Under the pieces are notes generated by a model. It was not told where the DNA came from, did not search any database, and saw only the letters and a list, made by a program, of their open reading frames with translations. A stretch of 64,000 bases of DNA from positions 57,837 to 121,836 of the forward strand of contig JAUCBJ010000785.1 of the NCBI GenBank assembly GCA_032718475.1, read 5' to 3'. A program made the position numbers and the translations under genes. Each line of letters begins with the position of its first letter. The stretch's first letter is position 1. The DNA comes from Nemertoderma westbladi. Lineage: Eukaryota; Animalia; Xenacoelomorpha. Shown here in pieces: positions 63,471 to 64,000 of the stretch.

Positions 63471-64000
63471 CGCATATACGGGGTTGTTTCCCAGAACAAT
63501 CCGGGTCTTCGGATGAAGAGTCGGAAGACGACAACGCGTATACTGGGGACGAACAACCATCAATTCCACTTCTGACGCCTGATCAACTGAAAGGATTCAG
63601 TGTAATTCCTGTCAAGATTACGGGCACCAAGGGGAGCAAACGTATTTACGCCATTCTAGACTCAGCCTCATCTCACAGCTACGTGGATGAGAAGGTAGCT
63701 GACGTCGTAACGGACCTTCGACAAGGTAAGAATGTCAGATATACTGTAAGTAGTATGCATGGACAACGTGCGATACCAGTGACAAGAGTTAAGTTGAACT
63801 TAGACACCCTTCTCCCAAAATCGCAACATAGCGGAAAGGAGAGGTCTTTGCTTCCTTTTAGGGATTTAACATTTGCGGCCACAAAGGACTTTAGTAACCT
63901 ACTGGGTCCAGTGCCAGAACAATCCTTGGAGGACCGTAAGTATTTTAGACACCTTGGTGTACCAGAATGTCCAGTTAATTACAGATCAGTAGCAATGTTT
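63467..64000 (+). pseudogene. BEL/Pao aspartic protease region (partial)
   Basis: VIPVKITGTKGSKRIYAILDSASSHSYVDE in the -1 frame relative to gag. Confidence 0.8.

Larger units (their letters stand above)
57152..64000 (+). mobile_element. Second BEL/Pao LTR retrotransposon (putative 5' LTR ~57152-59050, gag, protease), truncated by the window edge
   Basis: Promoter with three CCAAT boxes and TATATAAA (57507); gag and protease downstream. LTR limits are inferred because the 3' LTR is outside the window. Confidence 0.8.

Overview
AT-rich, intron-containing animal genomic DNA (probably an invertebrate); not prokaryotic. Host genes: two head-to-head paralogues of the K+-dependent Na+/Ca2+ exchanger family (SLC24/NCKX). 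Copy A is on the minus strand, with its first 4 coding exons at 253-1921 and the rest outside the window. Copy B is on the plus strand and complete, with 10 coding exons at 21316-45066 (~588 aa). There is also a terminal fibrinogen-domain (FReD) exon at 49858-50412 (-). Most other sequence is transposon-derived: a full-length but pol-deleted BEL/Pao LTR element (8998-20910, 1161-bp LTRs, AAATG TSD) between the two SLC24 genes, a 2-kb solo LTR, a second BEL/Pao element running off the right end, CR1/L2 and RTE LINEs in SLC24-B introns, a probable DIRS-like remnant with a hammerhead-like motif, and MITE/HINE-like elements and SINEs. The most interesting signal: the complete BEL/Pao element has no tRNA primer-binding site, and the 12 nt directly after its 5' LTR are perfectly complementary to a 12-nt segment inside its own LTR. 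The second, divergent BEL/Pao element shows the same arrangement at its inferred LTR end. This suggests tRNA-independent self-priming in a BEL/Pao lineage, a hypothesis that needs testing. All coordinates and alignments were read by eye.
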